Positions 1 to 9,537 of a stretch of DNA of 50,497 nucleotides are shown here, one piece after another. The notes under the pieces were generated by a model that was not told where the DNA came from, ran no database searches, and saw only the letters and a list, made by a program, of their open reading frames with translations. This stretch comes from Candidatus Nomurabacteria bacterium (lineage in GTDB: Bacteria > Patescibacteriota > Minisyncoccia > Phycocordibacterales > UBA2100), in assembly GCA_943356775.1 (NCBI GenBank), contig CALRFU010000006.1, positions 1-50,497 of the forward strand. Direction: 5' to 3'. The stretch's first letter is position 1, and each line of letters starts with the position of its first letter. Both the position numbers and the translations under genes were made by a program.

Positions 1-202
1 CTCCAAGCTCGCGCGCGAGAATTCTGGCTACCGACGTCTTCCCTGTCCCACGCCCGCCGGCAAAAAGATAGGCATGCGCGGGTTTGTTGTTTTTGATGGC
101 TTTCGCGAGCACGTCTACGACGTGCCCCTGACCCCGCACATCCTTAAAACCCGCGGGCCGGTAAGCGCGATAGAGCGTCGCGTGTCGCACCTCTTTCTTC
201 AT
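1..202 (-). CDS. dnaX: DNA polymerase III subunit gamma/tau, N-terminal part, runs off the window edge
   Basis: Not in the ORF track. Manual translation gives MKKEVRHATLYRAYRPAGFKDVRGQGHVV...HAYLFAGGRGTGKTSVARILAREL (Walker A). Its ATG overlaps the dus stop (ATGA). Confidence 0.93.
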   Translation of the reverse strand, partial: MKKEVRHATLYRAYRPAGFKDVRGQGHVVDVLAKAIKNNKPAHAYLFAGGRGTGKTSVARILARELG

Positions 203-1158
203 TCCGAGAGTATACCATCGGTCAAAATAGCTTGCGCGCCGCCGATTGACGTTGTTTCCATGAGCCGGATGCGTAGTTCCTTGGCGCCCTCCCAGCCTGA
301 GATATAAGCCTTGAAGTGCTTTTTCATCGTCGCGTAATTCGTTGTGGTGCCGAGGAGTTCTTCGAAGAGTGTGAGGTGTTCAAGAAGTGCTTTGATTTTT
401 TCCTCGCGCGCCGGCGCCTCTGCACGCTCCGCAAAAAGCCACGGATTTCCGTAGATTGCGCGGCCGAGCATCGCTCCGTCGCATTTCGCCGCAATAACTT
501 TCGCGCGCGCATCAGCTATATCTTTTATATCTCCGTTGCCGAGAATCAGCGTCTTCGATCCGAGAGAGTCGCGGAGCACGACCGCGCGCGCGACGGTATC
601 CCACCGTGCGGGCACCTCGGACATCTCTTTACGTGTGCGGGCGTGGATGGTTACGGCCGCGAGGTCTTCCGCCAAAAGTTCCGGCAACCACTCATCAAGC
701 TCGTCGGTGTTGTAACCGATGCGAGTTTTTACCGACACGGGCAAACCCGCTTTCTTTGCCGCACGGATGAGTTCGCGCGCGAGCGCGGGATTCTTGATGA
801 GTGCCGCGCCGCAGCCCGTATCCACCACCTCTTTGACGGGACATCCCATGTTGATATCGATACCGTCGAATCCAAGCCCGGCGGCCATCCGCGCGGCCGC
901 CTCCATGCGCTCAGGTGATGCGGTAAAAAGCTGTGCCACAATCGGTCGCTCGATGTCGGAGAAGATGAGTTTCTTCAAAAGCCGCGACTTTCCTTCTTCC
1001 GGAGCAAGTACCAATCCGTCGGAGGAGGTAAACTCGGTAAACATGACCGCGGGCTTCGCCGTCCGTGCGATAAGTGCGCGAAAAGCCGCGTCCGTCACAT
1101 CCTCCATCGGCGCTTGGACAAAAAGCGGTTTGGGTAATTGCGACCAAAAGGATTTCAT
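199..1158 (-). CDS. dusB: tRNA-dihydrouridine synthase (Dus family)
   Basis: APMEDVTD start, GIDINMGCP, SVKTRIG, TIHART, GNGDI and MLGRAIYGNPW motifs. Confidence 0.92.
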   Translation of the reverse strand: MKSFWSQLPKPLFVQAPMEDVTDAAFRALIARTAKPAVMFTEFTSSDGLVLAPEEGKSRLLKKLIFSDIERPIVAQLFTASPERMEAAARMAAGLGFDGIDINMGCPVKEVVDTGCGAALIKNPALARELIRAAKKAGLPVSVKTRIGYNTDELDEWLPELLAEDLAAVTIHARTRKEMSEVPARWDTVARAVVLRDSLGSKTLILGNGDIKDIADARAKVIAAKCDGAMLGRAIYGNPWLFAERAEAPAREEKIKALLEHLTLFEELLGTTTNYATMKKHFKAYISGWEGAKELRIRLMETTSIGGAQAILTDGILSE

Positions 1159-1243
1159 TCCGACAAGATATCACACTGCGTTATCTTTATGATGTTAGGA
1201 TAACCCTCCAAGAGGACAGGAGCACGTATAGTATTATTACCTC

Positions 1244-2440
1244 ATGAGAGAATTTCCGACGGCACGCGAGACGGCGGAAGATTACCGCAACATAGTCAGC
1301 CAATACGTTAAGAACTTCTTACCCGTGGGGCAACAAAATCAACAAATCGGCCGATTCCGAGAGCCTATGATTCAGGGATTCTGTGCCGAAAATAATATCG
1401 ACCAGCTTACCGCCCGCGGACTAAGTCACCTCGTTAAAAAATTTGATCGCGTGAAGAAACCCGAGGACGCGGAACAGCTCCTGCTTTTTGCGCTGTGGCT
1501 TCGTGACCAAGTGCCGCAGGATTTTTATGGTCGAAAAGCAATGGTGTATCTCGCAAATCAAAATACACCCCTGCAAAACGTACTGGAAAACATGGAGGCA
1601 AATTATAAGTACTGGACGGAGACCTTTGGAACGCAAACTTTCGAAACATCACACGATACGGTGTCGCCACGCGAAGGAATTTGGAAGTCATGGCTTCCGC
1701 TTAAAGGTTATTACCTCTCGCTGAAAGGCGGTAGCGGTTCGGGAACTTTTGCGATGGATGTCGCGATTGGATACGACAATAAACACAGGGAGCACCCAGA
1801 ACCTCTCCATGATACGGCAGGTGAAATATGGCGTGTCGGATTTGATATGGAAGTCTCAGCGGAACAAGAAAGAATATTTAGGATAATACGCACAGGCAGC
1901 GGACAGAAGAGTGAAAAAGGCTCTGCACGGGAATTGGAAAACAATTTGATTCGAAAAAACTTCTTGGATGGCTACAAAACCTCTCCACAACGCCTGCTTT
2001 TGTTTTTAGCACTTGAAATGGCATATACTCTAGGATTCGATACCGTGAGAGCCCTCTCTACCGAAGGCGCGATGAACATCTCCCTACTCGGACAATCCAA
2101 ACACCCGCTAGATTACACAGCATCGATGACAGGATCTGGCTTCGAGTATAAGGAAGGAAATTGGCTTCAAATGAATAATATCCAAAAAGAGTACTACGAT
2201 ATACTCGCGGGATCCGGCTACGAGCATTCGCTTCGACCGCACGAGGTTGGCGGATTCACAATGATTGCCAACGCGTTCGACAGACTCCGCCACGCGGATG
2301 CGGGAGAACTTCCCATTAAACTTATACGTAGCGAACCAGAGGAGCTTAATAAAGCTTGGGGCGCATACGCCCGATTGCGCGCTCAAGAACGCGAGAGACA
2401 GGGTCAAGCCGGCTTACTCCCTCGGAATAGAAAAAAATGA
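1244..2440 (+). CDS. Hypothetical protein, possibly distantly DUF535 (VirK/YbjX)-like
   Basis: 398-aa ORF, visibly more AT-rich than its flanks. The segment PQRLLLFLALEMAYTLGFDTVRALS...LDYTASMTGSG resembles the DUF535 C-terminal region by eye only. Confidence 0.45.
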   Translation: MREFPTARETAEDYRNIVSQYVKNFLPVGQQNQQIGRFREPMIQGFCAENNIDQLTARGLSHLVKKFDRVKKPEDAEQLLLFALWLRDQVPQDFYGRKAMVYLANQNTPLQNVLENMEANYKYWTETFGTQTFETSHDTVSPREGIWKSWLPLKGYYLSLKGGSGSGTFAMDVAIGYDNKHREHPEPLHDTAGEIWRVGFDMEVSAEQERIFRIIRTGSGQKSEKGSARELENNLIRKNFLDGYKTSPQRLLLFLALEMAYTLGFDTVRALSTEGAMNISLLGQSKHPLDYTASMTGSGFEYKEGNWLQMNNIQKEYYDILAGSGYEHSLRPHEVGGFTMIANAFDRLRHADAGELPIKLIRSEPEELNKAWGAYARLRAQERERQGQAGLLPRNRKK

Positions 2441-2448
2441 TGAATCGC

Positions 2449-3423
2449 TTACGGTGTACCTACCTCCGCCTGCCCCTTCAATTTGTAGTACACACGGTTC
2501 CCGAATCGTAAATCTATATATTCGAGTTCGCCGCGCTTTCCCTGCAAAACATCGGACGAAAGAACCAGCTGTAAATTCTTTATCAGCGTACCCGCGTCTG
2601 CGCCAAAAGAAGCTTTGAGCAGGAAACCTTCTTGAAGACGCACGAGAATATCCTGACCCTCGACCTCCGCACCGAGGGGCGTAAAGCCTGCCTGTCCCAA
2701 GAATTTGAGCAGTGAAAGAAGGCCAGGCAGGTGCGCCTGCACGAACCACTGGCCGACCGGACTGACTTGCAGTGAGCCTTTCGAATCCGTCGACGAAGCA
2801 ATATCCCCTTTGAAGATATACGGAGTGCTCGGGGGGGACTGCGCGGTAGTACTGGCAGCATCCACGTCCACAGGAAGATATATAAATCCTCGTTCGTCCA
2901 TGAAGTAACACGGGGCTTCATCCGTCGGACACCAACGGGCAAACGCCATCCGCTCTTCTATCATTACCTCAATCGTGGTCGAGAGAGTAGAAGGTCGGGA
3001 GATGGAGACGGATTTAACGAGTGGAAAAGATTTTATAATTGTATCTTCGAGACTTTCGCGCGGATACAGAAAAATATTCCGGCGCGAAAGAATACGGTAC
3101 GCGCCATCGTCGAGCACTGTTTCAATAGAACTCGTGATAAGTTCCTCCTTAATATTTTCTGCGCCGGAAATTGAGACCGTCGAAATGTTGAACTGAGGGA
3201 GGTACGAAACCCAACTCACACCATAGAATAAGGCACCGCAGAACACCAACCCTCCGAGCGCCCACACGGCGCGGATGCGCCGGCGCCGGGCGCGCAGCGG
3301 CATGGGACGGCGAGGAGGCTCCGGAGTACGCGGAGAAAAGAGAGGCACTTGCCCTCTAGAGAGATGCCGGGCGGAAGACCCTCCTCGCAAGTCGATGACA
3401 CCGCTACTTTTTTTGGATTGCAT
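2449..3423 (-). CDS. ftsQ: Cell division protein FtsQ/DivIB-like
   Basis: Basic N-terminal tail, one TM helix, POTRA-like segment (FNISTVSISGAENI), ER-x3-ARW, and C-terminal YIDLRFGNRVYYK. Confidence 0.8.
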   Translation of the reverse strand: MQSKKSSGVIDLRGGSSARHLSRGQVPLFSPRTPEPPRRPMPLRARRRRIRAVWALGGLVFCGALFYGVSWVSYLPQFNISTVSISGAENIKEELITSSIETVLDDGAYRILSRRNIFLYPRESLEDTIIKSFPLVKSVSISRPSTLSTTIEVMIEERMAFARWCPTDEAPCYFMDERGFIYLPVDVDAASTTAQSPPSTPYIFKGDIASSTDSKGSLQVSPVGQWFVQAHLPGLLSLLKFLGQAGFTPLGAEVEGQDILVRLQEGFLLKASFGADAGTLIKNLQLVLSSDVLQGKRGELEYIDLRFGNRVYYKLKGQAEVGTP

Positions 3424-4675
3424 CTTTGCCCATGTAGCCCCGCAGAACGTCGGGGATTGTTATTGAGCCATCTGCTTGCTGATTGTTCTCGACAATCTGG
3501 CAGAGTATGCGGGGCATGGCAAGCGCAGTGTTGTTGAGTGAGTGTACATACCGGACCACGCCATCTTCTCCCCGATAGCGGATATTGAGCCGTCGCGTCT
3601 GGAAATCGTGGAAGTACGAAGAGGAATGCGTCTCACGGTACTTTTGTTCACTCGGCATCCACGCCTCGATATCATATTTTTTGACCTGCCCGAGACCTAA
3701 GTCGCCGCCGCAGTTGACCACCACGCGGTGCGGCAATTTCAATTCCTGCAGCAAGAGCTCGGAGTTCATGGTGAGCTCTTCGTGGAGCTTCACCGATTCC
3801 TCGTGACTCGCTTCACAAAGTACAACCTGTTCGTATTTGATGAATTCGTGTATGCGGAAGATTCCTTTCGTGTCTTTCCCGTGGCTCCCCGCCTCTCGGC
3901 GAAAACACGACGAGAATGAGAAGAATTTGATGGGCAAATCTTTTTTGTCGAGAATCTCATCCATGTAATAACCCATCGTCGCGACTTCTGCGGTGCCCGC
4001 AAGATATTCCCCATCCTGTGTCTTATAGAGGTCTTCTTCAGATTGCGGCAAATATCCCGTGCCGACAAAAGGTTCGCGACGAAGCAGCGACGGCACAATC
4101 ATCGGCGTGAATCCTTCGCGTCCCATAAATCTATCCTGCACGAATCTCTCAAGTGCCCATACCAAACGGGCGCCATCATTCTTGAGAAAATATCCGCGAA
4201 AGCCCGCGACCTTGGCGCCGCGCTCGTAATCCGCCATGTCATTCGCAAGCAAGAGTTCGCTGTGTGTCTTGGGTTCAAAATCAAATACTGTTTTTACGCC
4301 CCAGCTGCGCACCTCCTGATTGTCCGCATCCGACACGCCTTCGGGCACCGACATGTCGGGGACATTGGGCACCATGACCATCATCGCCCGCCATTCTTTC
4401 ATTACCTCCTGCATGGACTCTTCCGTGAGCCTGAGCGTCTCTTTCACGCTCTGCATGCGCGCGATAATGAGCTGCTTTTCAGTATCACTTTTTGCGGATG
4501 CTATCGCATCGGACGCTATATTTTGTTCGGCGCGCTTTTCGTCTACCCTGAGCTGAAGTTCCCGGCGCCTGTCGTCGGCGGCAAGGAGTTTGTCCACATC
4601 TATATCGATGTGTTTTTTCTTGGCACCGGCGGCGACAATGTCCTTATTTTCTCTGATAAACTTAATGTCCAACAT
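3404..4675 (-). CDS. serS: Serine--tRNA ligase
   Basis: MLDIKFIREN start, coiled-coil arm, GTAE, CFRREAGSHGKDTKGIFRIHEF, and KKYDIEAWMP. Confidence 0.97.
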   Translation of the reverse strand: MLDIKFIRENKDIVAAGAKKKHIDIDVDKLLAADDRRRELQLRVDEKRAEQNIASDAIASAKSDTEKQLIIARMQSVKETLRLTEESMQEVMKEWRAMMVMVPNVPDMSVPEGVSDADNQEVRSWGVKTVFDFEPKTHSELLLANDMADYERGAKVAGFRGYFLKNDGARLVWALERFVQDRFMGREGFTPMIVPSLLRREPFVGTGYLPQSEEDLYKTQDGEYLAGTAEVATMGYYMDEILDKKDLPIKFFSFSSCFRREAGSHGKDTKGIFRIHEFIKYEQVVLCEASHEESVKLHEELTMNSELLLQELKLPHRVVVNCGGDLGLGQVKKYDIEAWMPSEQKYRETHSSSYFHDFQTRRLNIRYRGEDGVVRYVHSLNNTALAMPRILCQIVENNQQADGSITIPDVLRGYMGKDAIQKK

Positions 4676-4692
4676 CTTAGGATAATACCACC

Positions 4693-5559
4693 ATGACGGA
4701 CGAGCTCAAATTACTTTCCCCACAAGAATTCCCACCCCTTCTCAGGGAAATCCCGGGCCCGCCAAAGCAGCTGTATGTGCGCGGAGAAATGCCGAGCACG
4801 GAGTACAAATGGCTCGCGGTCGTCGGCTCGCGGGCAATGACGACGTACGGCAAAGCGGCATGCAAATATCTGATTGAGGGACTTCGCGGCTACCCTATCG
4901 TTATTGTAAGCGGACTCGCATACGGCGTGGACGCGGAGGCGCACAAAGCGGCGCTTGATACAGGTCTCACCACCGTCGCAGTGCCGGGCTCAGGATTGGA
5001 TTGGGACGTGTTGTATCCGCGAGCGCATGTCGGTCTCGCCCGTGAAATACTGAAAGCGGGCGGATGCCTCCTCTCAGAATTCAAACCTGAACAAAAGGCG
5101 GCGGACTATACGTTCCCCCAGCGCAATCGAATCATGGCCGGACTCTCGCATGCGACACTCGTTATCGAGGCAAAAGAAAAATCCGGGAGCCTTATCACCG
5201 CAAAGCTTGTCGCCGAATACAACCGCGAGTTGCTCGTCGTCCCCGGTTCTATCTTCAGTCCGGAGAGTAAGGGCACGCACCAATTCTTGCGGCTCGGTGC
5301 GACCCCGATCACTTCTCCCGAGGATATCTTAATGGCGCTTGGAATAACAAAGCGCGAAGGGGCCCGCTCGCTCAACGAACTTCGCGACGACCTATCGCCC
5401 GACGAGCTGCGCGTCTTCGAAATAATTCATTCACCCGTTTCCCATGATGAGCTCATTTCAGAGCTGGGACTTCCTATTACTGAAGCAAATGTGCTGTTGA
5501 GTACGATGGAAATAAAGGGATTGATAGTAGAGGAATTGGGTGTGGTACGCGTACGATAA
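4693..5559 (+). CDS. dprA: DNA-processing protein DprA (Smf)
   Basis: LAVVGSR, IVSGLAYGVD, FPQRNRIMAGLS and SGSLITA motifs with a C-terminal winged helix; lies upstream of topA, a common arrangement. Confidence 0.95.
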   Translation: MTDELKLLSPQEFPPLLREIPGPPKQLYVRGEMPSTEYKWLAVVGSRAMTTYGKAACKYLIEGLRGYPIVIVSGLAYGVDAEAHKAALDTGLTTVAVPGSGLDWDVLYPRAHVGLAREILKAGGCLLSEFKPEQKAADYTFPQRNRIMAGLSHATLVIEAKEKSGSLITAKLVAEYNRELLVVPGSIFSPESKGTHQFLRLGATPITSPEDILMALGITKREGARSLNELRDDLSPDELRVFEIIHSPVSHDELISELGLPITEANVLLSTMEIKGLIVEELGVVRVR

Positions 5560-5627
5560 ACCCTCTTCAACAAAACGTCGTCGCTTGACGTATGCTAGGC
5601 TTCTGAGGTATCAATGCGTTCCAACGT

Positions 5628-7820
5628 ATGAAATTAGTTATTGTAGAATCCCCCGCCAAAGCAAAGACCATCGAAAAATACCTCGGTGCGGGTTTTACCG
5701 TACGCGCTTCCGTCGGTCACATCCGCGACCTCCCCAAGAGCAACAAAGACGCTGTAGACGTCGCGGGCGGATTCGTCCCCCGCTATCTCATCGTGAAGGA
5801 GAAGCAAAAGATAATAGATGAGCTCCACGAAATAGCCGAACGCTCCGACGAGGTCATCTTGGCGACCGACCCCGACCGCGAGGGCGAGGCCATCGCATGG
5901 CACCTGGCTGAGACCATCGGACTCAAGAAACCGAAGCGCATCGTATTCCACGAAATCACCGAGAAGGCCGTGCAGGAAGCACTTGCCAATCCCCGCATGA
6001 TAGACGACGAGCTCGTGCGTGCGCAGGAGGCGCGGCGCGTCTTGGACCGCCTCTTCGGCTACGACCTCTCCGGCCTCATATGGAAGAAGGTACGCTACGG
6101 CCTCTCGGCCGGCCGCGTACAATCTCCTGCCCTCCGTATCATCATGGAACGCGAGCGCGAAATACGCGCATTCATAGCGGTACCATTCTGGGTCATCAGC
6201 GCCGATGTGAAGACAAAGAAAGGCGAACAATTTACCGTCATCTGCACCGTAGAACCAGGTGCAGAAAAAGAAGCGGAACGCATTCTGAAGGCCGCTCAAA
6301 GCGGTGATTGGAAGGTGAAGGGTGTCGAGGAATCCGAACAGGCGAGGACCCCGAAAGCTCCGTTTACCACTTCGACACTTCAGCAGGCGGCCTCCACTCG
6401 GCTCGGCCTCTCACCTTCCCGCACGATGAGTATTGCGCAAAAATTGTACGAAGCGGGATTTATCACCTACATGCGTACGGACTCCACCAATCTTGCCAAA
6501 GAAGCGCAGGATAATCTCGTGAAGGCGGCGACCGACGAATTTGGCGAGAAGTACGCCGAGGCGCGCGTCTACAAGACCAAGAGTAAGAGCGCGCAGGAAG
6601 CGCACGAGGCCGTACGCCCGACAGACCCCTCGAAGCACAGCCTCGGTCACAACGAAGAACAGAAGAAACTGTACGCGCTTATCCGCGCGCGCGCGATGGC
6701 TTCACAAATGACAGATGCGAAAATAATGCGCACAAAAATTCGCGCCAATATAGCGGGTGAATCCATACCTGATTTCGCGGCAAACGGCTCACGAGTCATG
6801 TTTGACGGCTGGCTCGCAGCCGACCCCGATGCACGCGGAGAGGATGTCGAACTCCCCAAGGCAGCTGAAGGCGATGCGCTTACACTCGTCGAAGCACGCT
6901 CAGAAGGTAAAGAAACTCAGCCGCCTGGCAGATACTCTGAAGCGGGCTTGGTGAAAGAACTTGAAAAACGCGGTATCGGCAGACCGTCAACATACGCCTC
7001 CACCATACGCACACTGGAGACACGCGGGTATGTCGAAAAGCAAGGCCGCACCCTTATTCCGACTGCCACCGGGGATGTCGTCTCCACATTCATTGAAGGT
7101 AATTTCGGTGAATACATCAGCGATACTTTTACCGCAGAAATGGAAAATGAGCTCGACGAAATAGCCGAGGGAAAGCGAAAATACGAAAAGACGCTCAAAG
7201 ACTTTTACGGACCGTTTGCCAAAGCGATTAAAAGCAAGAATAAAATAGAGAAGATAACGAATATGGGCGACGCACCGAAAGAATTCCCCTGCCCGATTTG
7301 TGCCGGACCGATGGTGTACAAACTTTCAAAGAATGGTCGCTTCATGAGTTGCGCGAAATTCCCCGACTGCCTCGGTGCGCGCAAAGAAGACGGCGGCGAG
7401 ATCGCACCGCCCAAAGATATCGGCGAAGCGTGCCCGGAATGCGGCAACCCTTCGACTCGTCGCTCAGGGCAGGCCGGTAAGCTTATGGAACGAGAGGGTC
7501 GTTTCGGCAGATTCATTGCCTGCTCGAATTTCCCGAAATGTAAATATGTCCGCAAGGACCCGACGGAAGAGGCTCGATCGAAAACAGGCGTCGCCTGCCC
7601 CACCTGCCAAAAAGGCGAGATGGTGGAGCGCAGAGGCCGATTCGGTATCTTCTTTTCGTGTTCCAACTATCCTGATTGTAAAAATGCTATCAAGGCAAAG
7701 CCGACCGGGCGTATGTGCGAAATGTGTAATTCACTCATGATGGAAGGCACCAAGACCATCCCGGAACGTTGCTCCAGCAAGAGTTGCCCCAATCATAATC
7801 CGCATAAACTTAAAAAGTAG
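5628..7820 (+). CDS. topA: DNA topoisomerase I with C-terminal zinc ribbons
   Basis: LVIVESPAKAKTI, DPDREGEAI, SAGRVQS, ITYMRTDS (catalytic Tyr), GIGRPSTY, and repeated CxxC ribbons. Confidence 0.97.
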   Translation: MKLVIVESPAKAKTIEKYLGAGFTVRASVGHIRDLPKSNKDAVDVAGGFVPRYLIVKEKQKIIDELHEIAERSDEVILATDPDREGEAIAWHLAETIGLKKPKRIVFHEITEKAVQEALANPRMIDDELVRAQEARRVLDRLFGYDLSGLIWKKVRYGLSAGRVQSPALRIIMEREREIRAFIAVPFWVISADVKTKKGEQFTVICTVEPGAEKEAERILKAAQSGDWKVKGVEESEQARTPKAPFTTSTLQQAASTRLGLSPSRTMSIAQKLYEAGFITYMRTDSTNLAKEAQDNLVKAATDEFGEKYAEARVYKTKSKSAQEAHEAVRPTDPSKHSLGHNEEQKKLYALIRARAMASQMTDAKIMRTKIRANIAGESIPDFAANGSRVMFDGWLAADPDARGEDVELPKAAEGDALTLVEARSEGKETQPPGRYSEAGLVKELEKRGIGRPSTYASTIRTLETRGYVEKQGRTLIPTATGDVVSTFIEGNFGEYISDTFTAEMENELDEIAEGKRKYEKTLKDFYGPFAKAIKSKNKIEKITNMGDAPKEFPCPICAGPMVYKLSKNGRFMSCAKFPDCLGARKEDGGEIAPPKDIGEACPECGNPSTRRSGQAGKLMEREGRFGRFIACSNFPKCKYVRKDPTEEARSKTGVACPTCQKGEMVERRGRFGIFFSCSNYPDCKNAIKAKPTGRMCEMCNSLMMEGTKTIPERCSSKSCPNHNPHKLKK

Positions 7821-7842
7821 ACGGCGCCTTTCGGGCGCCGTC
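7820..7842 (+). terminator. GC-rich hairpin directly after the topA stop
   Basis: GACGGCGCC-TTTCG-GGCGCCGTC, a 9-bp stem with no U-tract. Confidence 0.45.
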
Positions 7843-7971
7843 GGTGTCGTTACCGCTTCAGCGGCAAACGGGATGGGAGTGATTGTGTTGCCACCGCGGT
7901 GGTAGCAGCGGTCCGGCCGGAACCGGTATAGAGAGTTTACCTTTCGCGCGGCGGAGAGTATCATCAGATAC

Positions 7972-9537
7972 ATGAACGTTGTTACCGCCCGATCCGTAGC
8001 CGAAATCATCGCCGCGATGCCGAGCAAGGCCGAGGCGGATATCGCCCTCGTCACAAAGGCATACGAGCTTTCCAAAGACGCGCACAAAGACCAGAAACGC
8101 TACTCGGGAGATAATTATTTCATTCATCCGGCGGAAGTGGGATTCCTGCTTGCGGAAGCGGGCATGGATAGCCAGGCAATATCGGCAGGCCTCCTGCACG
8201 ACACCATTGAGGATGCGGGGGTGAAGCCCAAGACCATCGAAGAACAATTCGGTCCCGAAGTCCTTTCGCTCGTCGAGGGCGTAACCAAATTGGGTACGCT
8301 CCGCTATCGCGGGGTGGAGAGGCATACGGAGTCGCTGCGCAAGCTTTTTGCAGCGACCGCCAAAGACATCCGTGTACTCATCATCAAATTGATGGACCGC
8401 CTCCACAACGCGCGCACACTTGAACACGTCCCAAAGATAGAGAAGCGCACACGTATCGCGCTTGAGACACTTGAGATTTATGCACCTATCGCCGACCGGC
8501 TCGGTATGAGCGTCGCGAAGCAAGAATTGGAAGATGCCGCCTTCCCGTATGCATATCCGAAAGAGTACGAGAAGACTCGCGCATTGCTCCGCGACCGCAA
8601 AAACGAAAACGAAGAGCGTCTCGAGAAGGTGGAAAAAGACCTCAAACGGGAACTCGGCGAGGCGGGAATCCGCACCTTCCGCACGGAAGACCGTATTAAA
8701 GGAGTCTATAGCCTCTACCTGAAACTCGAACGGCGCGGATGGGACATAGACAAAATTTACGACATTCTGGCGCTTCGTGTCATCTTCCCGAGCGTCGCCG
8801 ATTGCTATTCAGCACTCGGTATCATCCATGCCCACTGGCGTCCCGTGCCGGGTAAGATAAAAGACTACATTGCGTTCCCGAAGCCCAACGGCTACCAAAG
8901 CATCCACACGACCGTCTATACCGGAGACGGAAGCGCTTTGGAGATGCAACTCCGCACGGAGTCGATGCATCGCGAAGCGCTCTACGGAATAGCTTCCCAC
9001 CTCACATACAAAGAGGTGCAGGAAGGTCTCCCGGAGAATAAACGCGGCAGCCTGGAGTGGGTGCGGCAATTCTTCCCGCGCATGAAGAAAACGAATACGG
9101 CCGACTCGCCGGTCGGAACCGGAGGCACAACGAAAGAAACGGTTCCTTCGTGGCTGCAAGAATTGGCGCATGCTCATCATACAAACCAGGAATCAGAAGA
9201 ATACCTGGATACTCTGAAGAGCGATTTCTTCAGTCACCGGGTGTTCGCCTTCACGCCGCAGGGAGATGTTATCGACCTGCCTATCTCTGCTACTCCGATA
9301 GATTTCGCATACGCGGTCCACTCCGATGTGGGTAATAGGATGTCGGGTGCGCGCGTGAACGGCAAAATGGTCTCTCTCGAGACTCCGCTTCGCAACGGCG
9401 ACATGGTGGAGGTCATCACAAAACCGTCCGCCCGGCCTTCACGTAAATGGCATGACATCGCCAAGACGAACATGGCAAAAAAGCATATTCGAAATGCGCT
9501 CGCCGCCATGGAGGCAAAACGTACCGGCAAAAACTAG
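7972..9537 (+). CDS. RelA/SpoT homologue with HD hydrolase, synthetase and TGS domains, no ACT
   Basis: HPAEV...LLHDTIED (HD), RIKGVYS, PKPNGYQSIHT, EMQLRT, and TGS FTPQGDVIDLP...DFAYAVHSDVG; ends shortly after TGS. Confidence 0.92.
   Translation: MNVVTARSVAEIIAAMPSKAEADIALVTKAYELSKDAHKDQKRYSGDNYFIHPAEVGFLLAEAGMDSQAISAGLLHDTIEDAGVKPKTIEEQFGPEVLSLVEGVTKLGTLRYRGVERHTESLRKLFAATAKDIRVLIIKLMDRLHNARTLEHVPKIEKRTRIALETLEIYAPIADRLGMSVAKQELEDAAFPYAYPKEYEKTRALLRDRKNENEERLEKVEKDLKRELGEAGIRTFRTEDRIKGVYSLYLKLERRGWDIDKIYDILALRVIFPSVADCYSALGIIHAHWRPVPGKIKDYIAFPKPNGYQSIHTTVYTGDGSALEMQLRTESMHREALYGIASHLTYKEVQEGLPENKRGSLEWVRQFFPRMKKTNTADSPVGTGGTTKETVPSWLQELAHAHHTNQESEEYLDTLKSDFFSHRVFAFTPQGDVIDLPISATPIDFAYAVHSDVGNRMSGARVNGKMVSLETPLRNGDMVEVITKPSARPSRKWHDIAKTNMAKKHIRNALAAMEAKRTGKN

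Noticed and set aside
7846-7971. GC-rich leader with short palindromes upstream of the Rel gene as a riboswitch
   Set aside because: No known aptamer motif, and TATCAT 7 nt before the ATG suggests a leaderless transcript that excludes it.
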